Position numbers and translations under genes: made by a program
Notes under the pieces: model-generated
What the model was told of the DNA's origin: nothing
What the model saw: the letters and a program-made list of their open reading frames with translations, nothing else
Databases searched by the model: none
In this document: in pieces, positions 18,082 through 26,951 of the stretch
Position numbering within the stretch: position 1 is the stretch's first letter
Layout of the letters: every line of letters begins with the position of its first letter
NCBI GenBank assembly: GCA_003282835.1
Contig: QBYL01000003.1
Location: forward strand, 21,491 to 85,490
Source of the DNA: Pelagibacteraceae bacterium AG-325-J13
Lineage (GTDB): Bacteria > Pseudomonadota > Alphaproteobacteria > Pelagibacterales > Pelagibacteraceae
Direction: 5' to 3'
DNA length: 64,000 bases

Positions 18082-18110
18082 ATTAATTTAAATTGAAAAT
18101 AACATAGTTT

Positions 18111-19499
18111 ATGACAAATAAAAATAAGACAGTTTGGTCAGGCAGATTTAAAAGCTCAACTTCTAAATCATTTCAAAGAATTGGAGCTTCAATAAACGTA
18201 GATAAAAGACTCTATGAACAAGATATTTTTGCCTCAAAAATTCATACTCAAATGCTAATTAAGAAAAAGATTATTCCTACAAAAGAAGGTAAAAAAATAC
18301 TTAAAGGATTAGAAAAAATCAAAGGACAAATAAAAAAAGGTAAGTTTGTTTTTAAAGAAAAATTTGAGGATATTCATTTAAATATTGAAAAAAAATTGTA
18401 TGAAATAATTGGTAATTCAGCAGGCTATATGCACACTGCTAGATCGAGAAATGACCAAGTGGTGACTGATTTTAAGCTATGGGTAAAAGATTCATCACTA
18501 ATTATAATTGAAGAATTAAATTTTTTAATGAAACATATTATAAGTAAAGCAGAAAAAAATGTGAGTACTGTGATGCCAGGTTTTACACATCTTAAAAATG
18601 CACAGCCAGTTTCTTTTGCGCATTACCTTTTGGCTTATTATGAAATGTTAAAAAGGGACAAAAAAAGATTTCAAAATAATTTAGAATTAATTGATGAGTC
18701 ACCTCTTGGAGCTGCAGCATTAACAGGGACATCTTACAATATAGATAGAAATTTTACATCTAAGAAGTTAGGTTTTAAAAAACCAACGGATAACTCAATC
18801 GATACAGTTTCTGACAGAGATTTTGCAATAGACTTTCTTTACGCTTCTGCAGTATGCGCAATGCATTTATCAAGATTAGCTGAAGACTTCATAATATTAA
18901 ATTCAGATGCATATCAACTAATTAGCTTTAATGATAAAATACTAACTGGCTCATCTATTATGCCGCAAAAAAAGAATCCAGATCCTGCAGAACTTATTAG
19001 AGGGAGAACAGGAATTAATTATGGAAAATTAAATTCTATTCTAACAATTTTAAAAGGACTTCCAATTTCTTATTTTAAAGATTTACAAGATGACAAGGCG
19101 TTAGTATTTGATGGATTTGATACTTTAAAAGATACCTTAATTATGAGCAGTGAGTTAATTAGAAATATCAACCCAAATAAAACAAGAATGTATAATATGG
19201 CAAAAACTGGGTATACAACAGCAACAGACTTTGCAGACTACTTAGTAAAAGAAAAAAAACTATCTTTTAGAGATGCTTATAAAATATCTTCAAAAATTGT
19301 CAATTATGCAGAAAAAAGTAAAAAAAATTTAGATGAGCTGTCTTTAAATGAAATAAGAAAATTTTATAAACATTTAAATAATAATGTTTTAAAAGTTTTT
19401 AACGTAAAAAATTCTATGAATTCAAAAAATTCATATGGAGGAACATCAGAAAGAAATATTAAAAATATGATAAAAAAGTACAAAAAGGAACTTAGATGA
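18111..19499 (+). CDS. argH: Argininosuccinate lyase
   Basis: HTARSRNDQV and GSSIMPQKKNPD motifs. Confidence 0.97.
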   Translation: MTNKNKTVWSGRFKSSTSKSFQRIGASINVDKRLYEQDIFASKIHTQMLIKKKIIPTKEGKKILKGLEKIKGQIKKGKFVFKEKFEDIHLNIEKKLYEIIGNSAGYMHTARSRNDQVVTDFKLWVKDSSLIIIEELNFLMKHIISKAEKNVSTVMPGFTHLKNAQPVSFAHYLLAYYEMLKRDKKRFQNNLELIDESPLGAAALTGTSYNIDRNFTSKKLGFKKPTDNSIDTVSDRDFAIDFLYASAVCAMHLSRLAEDFIILNSDAYQLISFNDKILTGSSIMPQKKNPDPAELIRGRTGINYGKLNSILTILKGLPISYFKDLQDDKALVFDGFDTLKDTLIMSSELIRNINPNKTRMYNMAKTGYTTATDFADYLVKEKKLSFRDAYKISSKIVNYAEKSKKNLDELSLNEIRKFYKHLNNNVLKVFNVKNSMNSKNSYGGTSERNIKNMIKKYKKELR

Positions 19500-19606
19500 A
19501 ATACTTAATAACTCTTATGATATTAATATTTATATTGGGATCATGTGGAAAAAAATCAGAACCTCAATACCAAGGGTCAATTAATAATTTTACAAAAATA
19601 ATTTAA
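19496..19606 (+). CDS. Small lipoprotein, LptM/YifL/LppL-like (36 aa; not in the ORF track)
   Basis: MKYLITLMILIFILGS-CGKKSEPQYQGSINNFTKII with lipobox LGSC; ATGA overlap with the argH stop; argH-lipoprotein-lysA synteny. Confidence 0.8.
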   Translation: MKYLITLMILIFILGSCGKKSEPQYQGSINNFTKII

Positions 19607-19609
19607 CAT

Positions 19610-20839
19610 ATGTCTTATATAAGTTATAAAAACAATAATCTTTTCGTGGAGAGTGTCTCCGTAAGAAATTTAGCTACAAAGTTAAGCACTCCGTTTTATC
19701 TTTATTCAAAGGGTAATATTATTGAAAATTATAAATCATTCTTAAGTAATTTCAAAAAATCTAACCCATTAATTTGTTTTTCAGTAAAAGCGAATTCAAA
19801 TATTCAAATTTTAAAAGTTTTAAAAAAAATGGGATCAGGTGCAGATGTAGTCTCAGGAGGTGAATTACTTAAAGCTATCAAATCTGGCATAAAACCAAAT
19901 AAAATTGTTTTCTCTGGTGTTGGTAAAACAGAGGATGAAATTAAATTAGCAATAAGAAAAAATATTTTATTAATAAATGTGGAGTCAGAGAATGAAGCTA
20001 CATTGATTAACAAAATTGCAGGTAAATTAAAAAAAAAGATTGCTATTGGTATCAGACTAAATCCTGATATTAATGCTCCAACACATAAAAAAATTTCTAC
20101 AGGTAAAGCGGAAGATAAATTTGGTCTCTCAAAAACAAGTTTAATTTCCTTTTGTCTAAATATCAAAAAATTAAAAAATTTGAAACTTAATGCAATAAGT
20201 GTTCACATTGGGAGTCAAATTTTAAGTGAAAATCCTTTTAAAAAGACTTTAAAAGTTTTAGAGGAAATAATTAAAAAAACTAAAATTTACTTCAAGTTTG
20301 TAGATCTTGGCGGTGGATTTGGTATTACTTACAAAAAAAGTGATAAAAAAATAAATCTTAAACATTATTCAAGTCTGGTAGAAAAATTTAGACAAAAATA
20401 TAATTGTAATATTATTTTTGAACCAGGTCGGGCGTTAGTGGGTAATACAGCTATTTTAGTAACTAAAGTTCAATACCTTAAAAAAGGTTCTAATAAAACA
20501 TTTGCAATTTTAAACGCTGGTATGAATGATTTTATGAGAACTGCACTTTATGATGCAGTTCACAATATAATTCCGGTAATTAAAAATAGTAAAAAAAATA
20601 AAGGACCTTTAGAGTTTGTTGGACCAATATGCGAAACCACTTGTAAATTTATAAAATATAATAAATACCAAAGACTAAATGAATCCGATTACGTTGCTAT
20701 TTCAGATGTTGGTGCTTATGGTGCATCTTTATCTTCAAACTATAATACTAAACCTTTAATAGCTGAAATAATTGTAAATAAATCTAAAGCTAGAATAATT
20801 AGAAAAAAACAGGATATAAAAAGTTTGCTTAAACAATAA
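19610..20839 (+). CDS. lysA: Diaminopimelate decarboxylase
   Basis: SVKANSN, HIGSQ, DLGGG, EPGR and GPICE motifs. Confidence 0.96.
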   Translation: MSYISYKNNNLFVESVSVRNLATKLSTPFYLYSKGNIIENYKSFLSNFKKSNPLICFSVKANSNIQILKVLKKMGSGADVVSGGELLKAIKSGIKPNKIVFSGVGKTEDEIKLAIRKNILLINVESENEATLINKIAGKLKKKIAIGIRLNPDINAPTHKKISTGKAEDKFGLSKTSLISFCLNIKKLKNLKLNAISVHIGSQILSENPFKKTLKVLEEIIKKTKIYFKFVDLGGGFGITYKKSDKKINLKHYSSLVEKFRQKYNCNIIFEPGRALVGNTAILVTKVQYLKKGSNKTFAILNAGMNDFMRTALYDAVHNIIPVIKNSKKNKGPLEFVGPICETTCKFIKYNKYQRLNESDYVAISDVGAYGASLSSNYNTKPLIAEIIVNKSKARIIRKKQDIKSLLKQ

Positions 20840-21546
20840 TGCAATTTATAAGATCAATCCTTTTTACCATATTATTTTATTTAACCTTAATATTAGTTTT
20901 TATTATAGCTATACCCACATTGATTTTGCCTAATAAAGCTACTTTGATCTGTGGAAAGATACTTGCTCATTTAATTTTATTGTTATTAAGATTTATATTA
21001 GGAGTTAAAGTTACTTTTTCTGGAATAGAAAATTTAAAAAAGAATGAAAAATTTTTTGTTGCAAGTGCACATCAATCTTTACTTGAAACATTTATACTTC
21101 AAGCTCCTTTACAATATCCTATATTTATTCTTAAGAAGGAACTTTTAAGAATTCCCTTATTTGGTTGGTATTTAAAAAAGATTGGCTCAATTGATATAGT
21201 AAGAGACACGACTACAAAAGATAATTTAAATTTTTTCGATAAAATCAAAAATAATATTGAAGTTAGTAAAAGACCTCTGTTAATTTTTCCTCAAGGGACT
21301 AGAGTTAAATTAGGAGAAAGACAATCATTTAAAAAAGGCGTCGGCAGAATTTATGAAGCTTTGAAATTACCTTGTATTCCTGTTGCATTAAACACTGGTA
21401 AAGTTTGGCCAAAAAATAGTTTTATTAAATGTTCGGCAGATATACATTTTTCTTTTTTGGAACCAATCATGCCAGGTAAAGAAAAAAATGTGTTCATAAA
21501 GGAATTGGAAGATAATATTTATACTGAGATTGATAGATTATCTTAA
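20839..21546 (+). CDS. plsC: 1-acyl-sn-glycerol-3-phosphate acyltransferase
   Basis: HQS..E and IFPQGTR motifs. Confidence 0.88.
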   Translation: MQFIRSILFTILFYLTLILVFIIAIPTLILPNKATLICGKILAHLILLLLRFILGVKVTFSGIENLKKNEKFFVASAHQSLLETFILQAPLQYPIFILKKELLRIPLFGWYLKKIGSIDIVRDTTTKDNLNFFDKIKNNIEVSKRPLLIFPQGTRVKLGERQSFKKGVGRIYEALKLPCIPVALNTGKVWPKNSFIKCSADIHFSFLEPIMPGKEKNVFIKELEDNIYTEIDRLS

Positions 21547-21547
21547 T

Positions 21548-22444
21548 TTATTTTCTGCCAAAACCAGGCTTTTCAGTATCTTGACCAGCTTTGATAATGT
21601 CTTTTCTTATTTTTTTTGTAGATGAAAATATTTCAATTAATTTATTGCCATCTTTATTGATAATTGCCTTTTTAATTTCTTCAAGGTTTGCAACATATTT
21701 TTCTAATACTTTTAAAATATTCTCGCTGTTGTCTATAAAAATATCTCTCCACATCAATGGATCTGAAGCGGCAATTCTAGTGAAGTCCCTTAGCCCTCCA
21801 GCGCTATACTGGATAATATCATTTTTAAATTTATCATCATTATTAATAGCAGTTCTGACTAAACTGTAAGCAATAGCGTGAGGTAAATGACTTGTTAAAG
21901 ATAAAACATAGTCATGGTCTTCAAAATTCATGAACTTTACTTTACAGCCTATCTTATACCAAAAATTTTCTAAAAGTTTAAATTTATCTTTAGAGATATT
22001 TTCATCTGAAGATAAAATGCACCAACGGTCTTTAAATAAATGTGATGAACCGGCTTCTGGCCCACTATACTCTGTGCCAGCTATAGGGTGTGATGCTATC
22101 CAATTTAAATTAGGAAGATTAAAATTATTTATAATCTTATTGATTTCTTTTTTTGCTGATCCGGTATCAGTTAAAATTGCATCTTTTTTTAAGTTATCTT
22201 TAATAGAAAGTAAAATTTCTTTATAGCTACTAAGTGGAGCTGAAATTATTATTAAATCAGCATCTTTTACAGAATCTGAAATATCTTTATAAGCTTCTGC
22301 CTTAAAATTTTTCTTAATAAAAGAAGTAACATCATTAGACTTATCAAAAATATTTATTTTTTTTGATAATTCTTTTTCTTCTATAGCTCGCATAAGAGAA
22401 GAGCCAATTAACCCACAACCTATTATAGTAATACAATTAAACAT
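21548..22444 (-). CDS. tyrC: Prephenate/arogenate (cyclohexadienyl) dehydrogenase
   Basis: GCGLIGSS, HPIAGTE.SG, TSHLPH and DFTRIAASDP motifs; likely ATG at 22444. Confidence 0.9.
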   Translation of the reverse strand: MFNCITIIGCGLIGSSLMRAIEEKELSKKINIFDKSNDVTSFIKKNFKAEAYKDISDSVKDADLIIISAPLSSYKEILLSIKDNLKKDAILTDTGSAKKEINKIINNFNLPNLNWIASHPIAGTEYSGPEAGSSHLFKDRWCILSSDENISKDKFKLLENFWYKIGCKVKFMNFEDHDYVLSLTSHLPHAIAYSLVRTAINNDDKFKNDIIQYSAGGLRDFTRIAASDPLMWRDIFIDNSENILKVLEKYVANLEEIKKAIINKDGNKLIEIFSSTKKIRKDIIKAGQDTEKPGFGRK

Positions 22445-23519
22445 TAAATATTTTTTCAATTCTAGAAATCAATTTTTTGTTTTCCTGACTTTTTCCAATT
22501 GTTATTCTTAATGAATTCTTAATATTATAAACATCCATCTTTCTCACTAAAATTCCTGAATTGGCTAGTATTTTAAATACCTTTGAAGATTTTATTTTAA
22601 CTCTATCAAAATTCAATAATAAGAAATTAGCAAAACTTTTATTAGTAATTATATTCATCTTTTCAAATTTTTTAAACATTATGCTATTCCACTTGTTTAC
22701 ATGTTTAATTTCTTTTTTTAACCATTTTTTATCTTTTACTGCAGCGCAAGCTGTAAACAAAGCTGGTCTGCTAATATTAAAAGGAGGTTTTACTTGGTTT
22801 AGTGCCTTTATAATATTTTTTGATGCATAGCCCCAACCTACTCTTAATCCTGCTAAACCATAAATTTTTGAGAATGTTCTTGTAACAAGAACATTTTTGT
22901 AATTAGAAAATAAACTTAAAGCAGAAGAGTAATCTTTTGATTCTACATATTCATAATAGGCGTCATCTAATACTAATAGTATATCACTTCTCAATTTTTT
23001 TCTGAGATAAAATAATTTTTTTTTGTTAATAAACGTTCCAGTTGGATTATTCGGATTAGCCAAAAATACTATTTTCGTTTTTTTATTAACTTTTTTTATT
23101 ATATTCTCCACTGAAACTATAAATTTATTCTCATTAGCGTATATTACTTTTGCCCCATTCATTTTGCTGTAAATTCTGTAAATTATAAAACTAAATTTTG
23201 GAACAATGACTTCGTCACCTTTTTTTAAATAAGTTTTGCATATGAATTCAAAAATTTGATCTGAACCCGATCCTAAAATAATTCTATTTTTGTCCAAATT
23301 AAATTTGTTAGCTAAAACACTTTTTAAGTATGTTCCATCTGACTCTGGGTAACGTTTCAAATTTTTTGAAACTTTTAAATATTCTTTGATAGCTTTAGGA
23401 CTTGGCCCTAAAGCTGACTCATTTGCTGATAATTTCATTTTAATAGGTTTTTGCTTAAAACGACTTAATCCAGCAATATACTTCTCAGTAACAATTTTAT
23501 TTGGCTTTGGTAATCTCAT
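22437..23519 (-). CDS. hisC: Histidinol-phosphate aminotransferase
   Basis: KLSANE, ANPNNPTG and RTFSKIYGLAGLRVGW motifs; likely ATG at 23519. Confidence 0.93.
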   Translation of the reverse strand: MRLPKPNKIVTEKYIAGLSRFKQKPIKMKLSANESALGPSPKAIKEYLKVSKNLKRYPESDGTYLKSVLANKFNLDKNRIILGSGSDQIFEFICKTYLKKGDEVIVPKFSFIIYRIYSKMNGAKVIYANENKFIVSVENIIKKVNKKTKIVFLANPNNPTGTFINKKKLFYLRKKLRSDILLVLDDAYYEYVESKDYSSALSLFSNYKNVLVTRTFSKIYGLAGLRVGWGYASKNIIKALNQVKPPFNISRPALFTACAAVKDKKWLKKEIKHVNKWNSIMFKKFEKMNIITNKSFANFLLLNFDRVKIKSSKVFKILANSGILVRKMDVYNIKNSLRITIGKSQENKKLISRIEKIFNV

Positions 23520-23582
23520 AATTAAATAATGTATTATATAAAATGCTAGGTTATTTCTATATAACATTCATTTCATATAAAA

Positions 23583-23611
23583 TTGACAAGTTTGTGATGA
23601 TTTAGTAAACA
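23583..23611 (+). promoter_or_regulatory. Sigma70 promoter of the metXW leader
   Basis: TTGACA (23583-23588), 17-nt spacer, TAAACA (23606-23611), placing the transcription start at the start of the aptamer. Confidence 0.65.
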
Positions 23612-23615
23612 TTAT

Positions 23616-23668
23616 TTGCGCTGATTTAACCATATTGCAAGCGCATAATAAATGTAGCTAAAAAGGGG
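23616..23668 (+). ncRNA. SAM-II riboswitch aptamer
   Basis: tgcgctgatttaaccatattgcaagcgcataataaatgtagctaaaaaggg closely matches the canonical metX SAM-II pseudoknot and lies upstream of metX. Confidence 0.93.
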
Positions 23669-23670
23669 AT

Positions 23671-23696
23671 GCCCAGTTTAGCTGGGCTTTTTTTTT
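23671..23696 (+). terminator. Intrinsic terminator acting as the riboswitch expression platform
   Basis: gcccagt-tta-gctgggc followed by T9, ending 2 nt before the metX ATG. Confidence 0.85.
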
Positions 23697-23698
23697 GG

Positions 23699-24838
23699 AT
23701 GAATAGTAAAATTGAAAATATTAAAAAATTCGATGTTTCAAAACCACTGAAGTTAGATTGTGGCAAAACAATAAATAATTTTCCATTGGCTTATGAGACC
23801 TATGGGAAATTGAATGAAAATAGAGACAATGCTGTTTTAGTTTTTCATGCATTAACAGGTGACCAATTTGTTACAGGAAAAAATCCTATTACAAATAAAG
23901 AAGGATGGTGGGTTACTGCGGTTGGTCCAAATAAGTCAATTGATACAAATAAATATTTTGTTATTTGTGCAAATGTAATTGGAGGATGTATGGGTTCTTT
24001 GGGTCCAAAAAGTACTAACCCAGATACTAACAAACCGTATGGCTTAGATTTTCCAGTTATTACCATTAGAGACATTGTAAGAGCTCAAGAGTCATTATTA
24101 GAACATTTGGGAATTAAAAAACTACTATGTGTAACAGGTGGTTCTATGGGTGGAATGCAAGTTTTACAATTTTGTGCAACTTTTCCAGAAAAAACATTTT
24201 CTGCTATTCCGATAGCATGTAGTTCAAGTCATAGTGCTCAAAATATTGCACTAAACGAATTAGCTCGTCAAGCAATCATGGCAGATCCAATATGGGACAA
24301 TGGAAAATATTTTTTAAAAAATGTGCAACCAAAAAATGGATTAGCTGTTGCTAGGATGGTTGGACATATTAGTTATTTATCTGAAAAAGGTATGCAAGAA
24401 AAATTTGGTAGAAAATTGCAAGAAAAAGCGGACTATGAATTTAGTTTTAATGCCGACTTTCAAGTTGAAAGTTATTTAAGACATCAAGGATATGCTTTTG
24501 TTGAAAGATTTGATGCTAATTCTATTCTTTATATTACAAGAGCGATGGACTATTTTGATCTTTCTAAACAGTTTAAAGGAGGACTGGTAGAAGCTTTTAA
24601 AAATCAAAAAACAAAATATCTAATAATATCATTCTCTTCTGACTGGCTTTACACAACTAAAGAAAATAAGGATATTGTAATAGCACTTAACGCATCAGGA
24701 GCAGATGTTTCATATTCAGAAATAATAACTGATAAAGGACACGACTCTTTTTTATTAAACGAACCTGAGTTTTTAAAAACGTTGAAAAGTTTTATTGACT
24801 CAATGCACGAAAAATTTAAAAATGAAAAAAGAATTTAA
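23699..24838 (+). CDS. metX: Homoserine O-acetyltransferase
   Basis: HALTG, GGSMGGMQ, RFDANS and GHDSFLL motifs; likely ATG at 23699. Confidence 0.95.
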   Translation: MNSKIENIKKFDVSKPLKLDCGKTINNFPLAYETYGKLNENRDNAVLVFHALTGDQFVTGKNPITNKEGWWVTAVGPNKSIDTNKYFVICANVIGGCMGSLGPKSTNPDTNKPYGLDFPVITIRDIVRAQESLLEHLGIKKLLCVTGGSMGGMQVLQFCATFPEKTFSAIPIACSSSHSAQNIALNELARQAIMADPIWDNGKYFLKNVQPKNGLAVARMVGHISYLSEKGMQEKFGRKLQEKADYEFSFNADFQVESYLRHQGYAFVERFDANSILYITRAMDYFDLSKQFKGGLVEAFKNQKTKYLIISFSSDWLYTTKENKDIVIALNASGADVSYSEIITDKGHDSFLLNEPEFLKTLKSFIDSMHEKFKNEKRI

Positions 24839-25415
24839 AGTAATTGCAGACTTATTACCAAATAATACCAGAGTTCTTGATATTGGTTGTGGAGATGGAT
24901 CTCTTATGACATTTCTGCGAAAAGAAAAAAATATTGAGGTCAGAGGATTAGAACTTGATAAAGACAATGTACAAACATGTATTCACAAGGGACTACCAGT
25001 TATTCAAGGTAACGCAGAAACCGAGCTTCATCAGTTTCCAGATCAATCTTTTGATTATGTGGTGCTAAGTCAAACACTTCAAGCTTTTTATGATCCTGAA
25101 AAAGTATTAAGAGATTTGTTAAGAATTGGAAAGTCAGTCGTTGTATCTATACCCAATTTTGGTTATTGGAAGGTAAGAACTAAGCTTTTGTTTTTTGGTG
25201 AAATGCCAGTTACTAAAACTTTGCCAAATACATGGTATAATACTCCAAATTTACATATGTGTACCATTAAGGACTTGTTTAATTTTTGTGATGAAAAAAA
25301 CATTGAAATAAAAAAAGTTATTGGTGTAAACGAGAATAATACCTCTTTTATCAAAAAGAATAATTTAGAAATTAAAAATCTCTTTTCTAAATTAGGTATT
25401 TTTTTAATTGGATAA
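24822..25415 (+). CDS. metW: Methionine biosynthesis protein MetW
   Basis: LDIGCGDG, LSQTLQ and WYNTPNLHMCT motifs; follows metX. Confidence 0.93.
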   Translation: MKKEFKVIADLLPNNTRVLDIGCGDGSLMTFLRKEKNIEVRGLELDKDNVQTCIHKGLPVIQGNAETELHQFPDQSFDYVVLSQTLQAFYDPEKVLRDLLRIGKSVVVSIPNFGYWKVRTKLLFFGEMPVTKTLPNTWYNTPNLHMCTIKDLFNFCDEKNIEIKKVIGVNENNTSFIKKNNLEIKNLFSKLGIFLIG

Positions 25416-25416
25416 A

Positions 25417-26175
25417 ATGAAAATAGAAATTATTCCATGTTTAAATGATAATTATAGTTATCTAATTGTTGAAGAAAAAACTAATACCGTATCGATCGTT
25501 GATCCATCAGAATATGAAGCTTGTGATCAAATTATAAAAAAATATAATAAGTTAGATTATATTTTAAACACTCATCATCATGCTGATCATGTGGATGGTA
25601 ATTTGAAACTCAAAAAAAAATACAATTCGCTAATTTTAGGATTTGGTTTAGATAAAGGTCGTATTCCTGGAATTGATATTTTTTTAAAAGATAACCAAAA
25701 ACAAAAAATAGGTGATTTAGAGTTTGAGGTGATATTTGTTCCTGGTCATACTAAAGGCCACATTGCAATATATTTTCAAAAAGAAAAAATTGTTTTTACT
25801 GGTGATACGTTATTTTCACTTGGATGTGGAAGAGTGTTCGAAGGATCACATAAGGAAATGCTAAAGTCTTTAATGAAGCTAAAAAATTTACCTCAAGAAA
25901 CAAAAGTATACTGTGGTCATGAATATACCAAAACTAATCTTAATTTCTGCTTAAAATATGATGAAGATAATTCTTTTTTAAAAAAGAAGTCTGTTGAAAT
26001 TCATGATAAGTTGAAAAAGAATATGCCAACAATCCCAACTACGATTGGTGATGAAATTAAATCAAATATTTTCTTGAGGTTCGACGATGCCAACGTAAAA
26101 AAAGCATTAAATCTCAAAGATTCATCAGATCAAGAAGTTTTTAGTAAATTACGAGATTTAAAGGACACTTTTTAA
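25417..26175 (+). CDS. gloB: Hydroxyacylglutathione hydrolase (glyoxalase II)
   Basis: THHHADH, PGHT.GH, GDTLF..GCGR and CGHEYT motifs. Confidence 0.95.
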   Translation: MKIEIIPCLNDNYSYLIVEEKTNTVSIVDPSEYEACDQIIKKYNKLDYILNTHHHADHVDGNLKLKKKYNSLILGFGLDKGRIPGIDIFLKDNQKQKIGDLEFEVIFVPGHTKGHIAIYFQKEKIVFTGDTLFSLGCGRVFEGSHKEMLKSLMKLKNLPQETKVYCGHEYTKTNLNFCLKYDEDNSFLKKKSVEIHDKLKKNMPTIPTTIGDEIKSNIFLRFDDANVKKALNLKDSSDQEVFSKLRDLKDTF

Positions 26176-26186
26176 CCTCAATAATC

Positions 26187-26214
26187 TTGACTTGGTGATT
26201 TTGGGGGCTATATT
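26187..26214 (+). promoter_or_regulatory. Putative sigma70 promoter of the rplU operon
   Basis: TTGACT, 16-nt spacer, TATATT. Confidence 0.5.
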
Positions 26215-26240
26215 GCGTGGAAACTGAAAAAAAAAAATTT

Positions 26241-26648
26241 ATGTCATTTGCTATAATTGAAACAGGCGGTAAACAATACAAAGTTTCCACAAGTAAAATT
26301 TTGGAGATAGAAAAATTGGACGCTAAAATAGGTGAAACTATTAAATTTAATAATGTTTTATTATTAAACGATAGTAAAAACACAGAAATAGGTAATCCAA
26401 GTATTGATGGCGCAATAGTTGAAGCTAAACTTTTAGATAATGTTAAAGACAGAACAGTTTTAGTATTTCATAAAAGACGAAGGAAACACTCTAGAAAAAA
26501 GAATGGGCATAGACAACGACATTCAAAAATTCAAATAACAAAAATTTTAGCAAAGGGTGGGAAGGTTATTGATGAGGCGAAAATTGTTGAAAATAAGAAA
26601 ACTGTTAAACAAGAGAAAAAAGTTATAAAGAAGGAAGTAAAAAAATAG
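26241..26648 (+). CDS. rplU: 50S ribosomal protein L21 with a Lys-rich C-terminal extension
   Basis: FAIIETGGKQYKV and GHRQ motifs; likely ATG at 26241. Confidence 0.95.
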   Translation: MSFAIIETGGKQYKVSTSKILEIEKLDAKIGETIKFNNVLLLNDSKNTEIGNPSIDGAIVEAKLLDNVKDRTVLVFHKRRRKHSRKKNGHRQRHSKIQITKILAKGGKVIDEAKIVENKKTVKQEKKVIKKEVKK

Positions 26649-26656
26649 GTTATTAA

Positions 26657-26911
26657 ATGGCAACAAAAAAAGCAGGTGGATCATCTAAAAACGGCCGAGA
26701 TAGTAAAGGAAGACGTCTTGGAGTAAAAAGATATGGTGATCAATTAGTAATCCCTGGAAATATTATTGTTAGACAAAGAGGTACTAAAATTCACCCAGGT
26801 GATAACGTTGGTATTGGTAAAGATCATTCAATTTTTTCACTTGTTAAAGGAAAAGTTAAATTTAAAAAATCAAAATTAAACAGAACTTTTGTTTCTGTAA
26901 TCCCCAGCTAA
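26657..26911 (+). CDS. rpmA: 50S ribosomal protein L27
   Basis: [20 protein letters not shown] motif. Confidence 0.98.
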   Translation: MATKKAGGSSKNGRDSKGRRLGVKRYGDQLVIPGNIIVRQRGTKIHPGDNVGIGKDHSIFSLVKGKVKFKKSKLNRTFVSVIPS

Positions 26912-26951
26912 ATCTATATAAATAACCTTACTTATTTATATTATATTTATA

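Noticed and set aside
23669-23698. N-terminal extension MPSLAGLFFW of MetX
   Set aside because: This is the terminator hairpin and U tract read in frame; ATG 23699 is the more plausible start.
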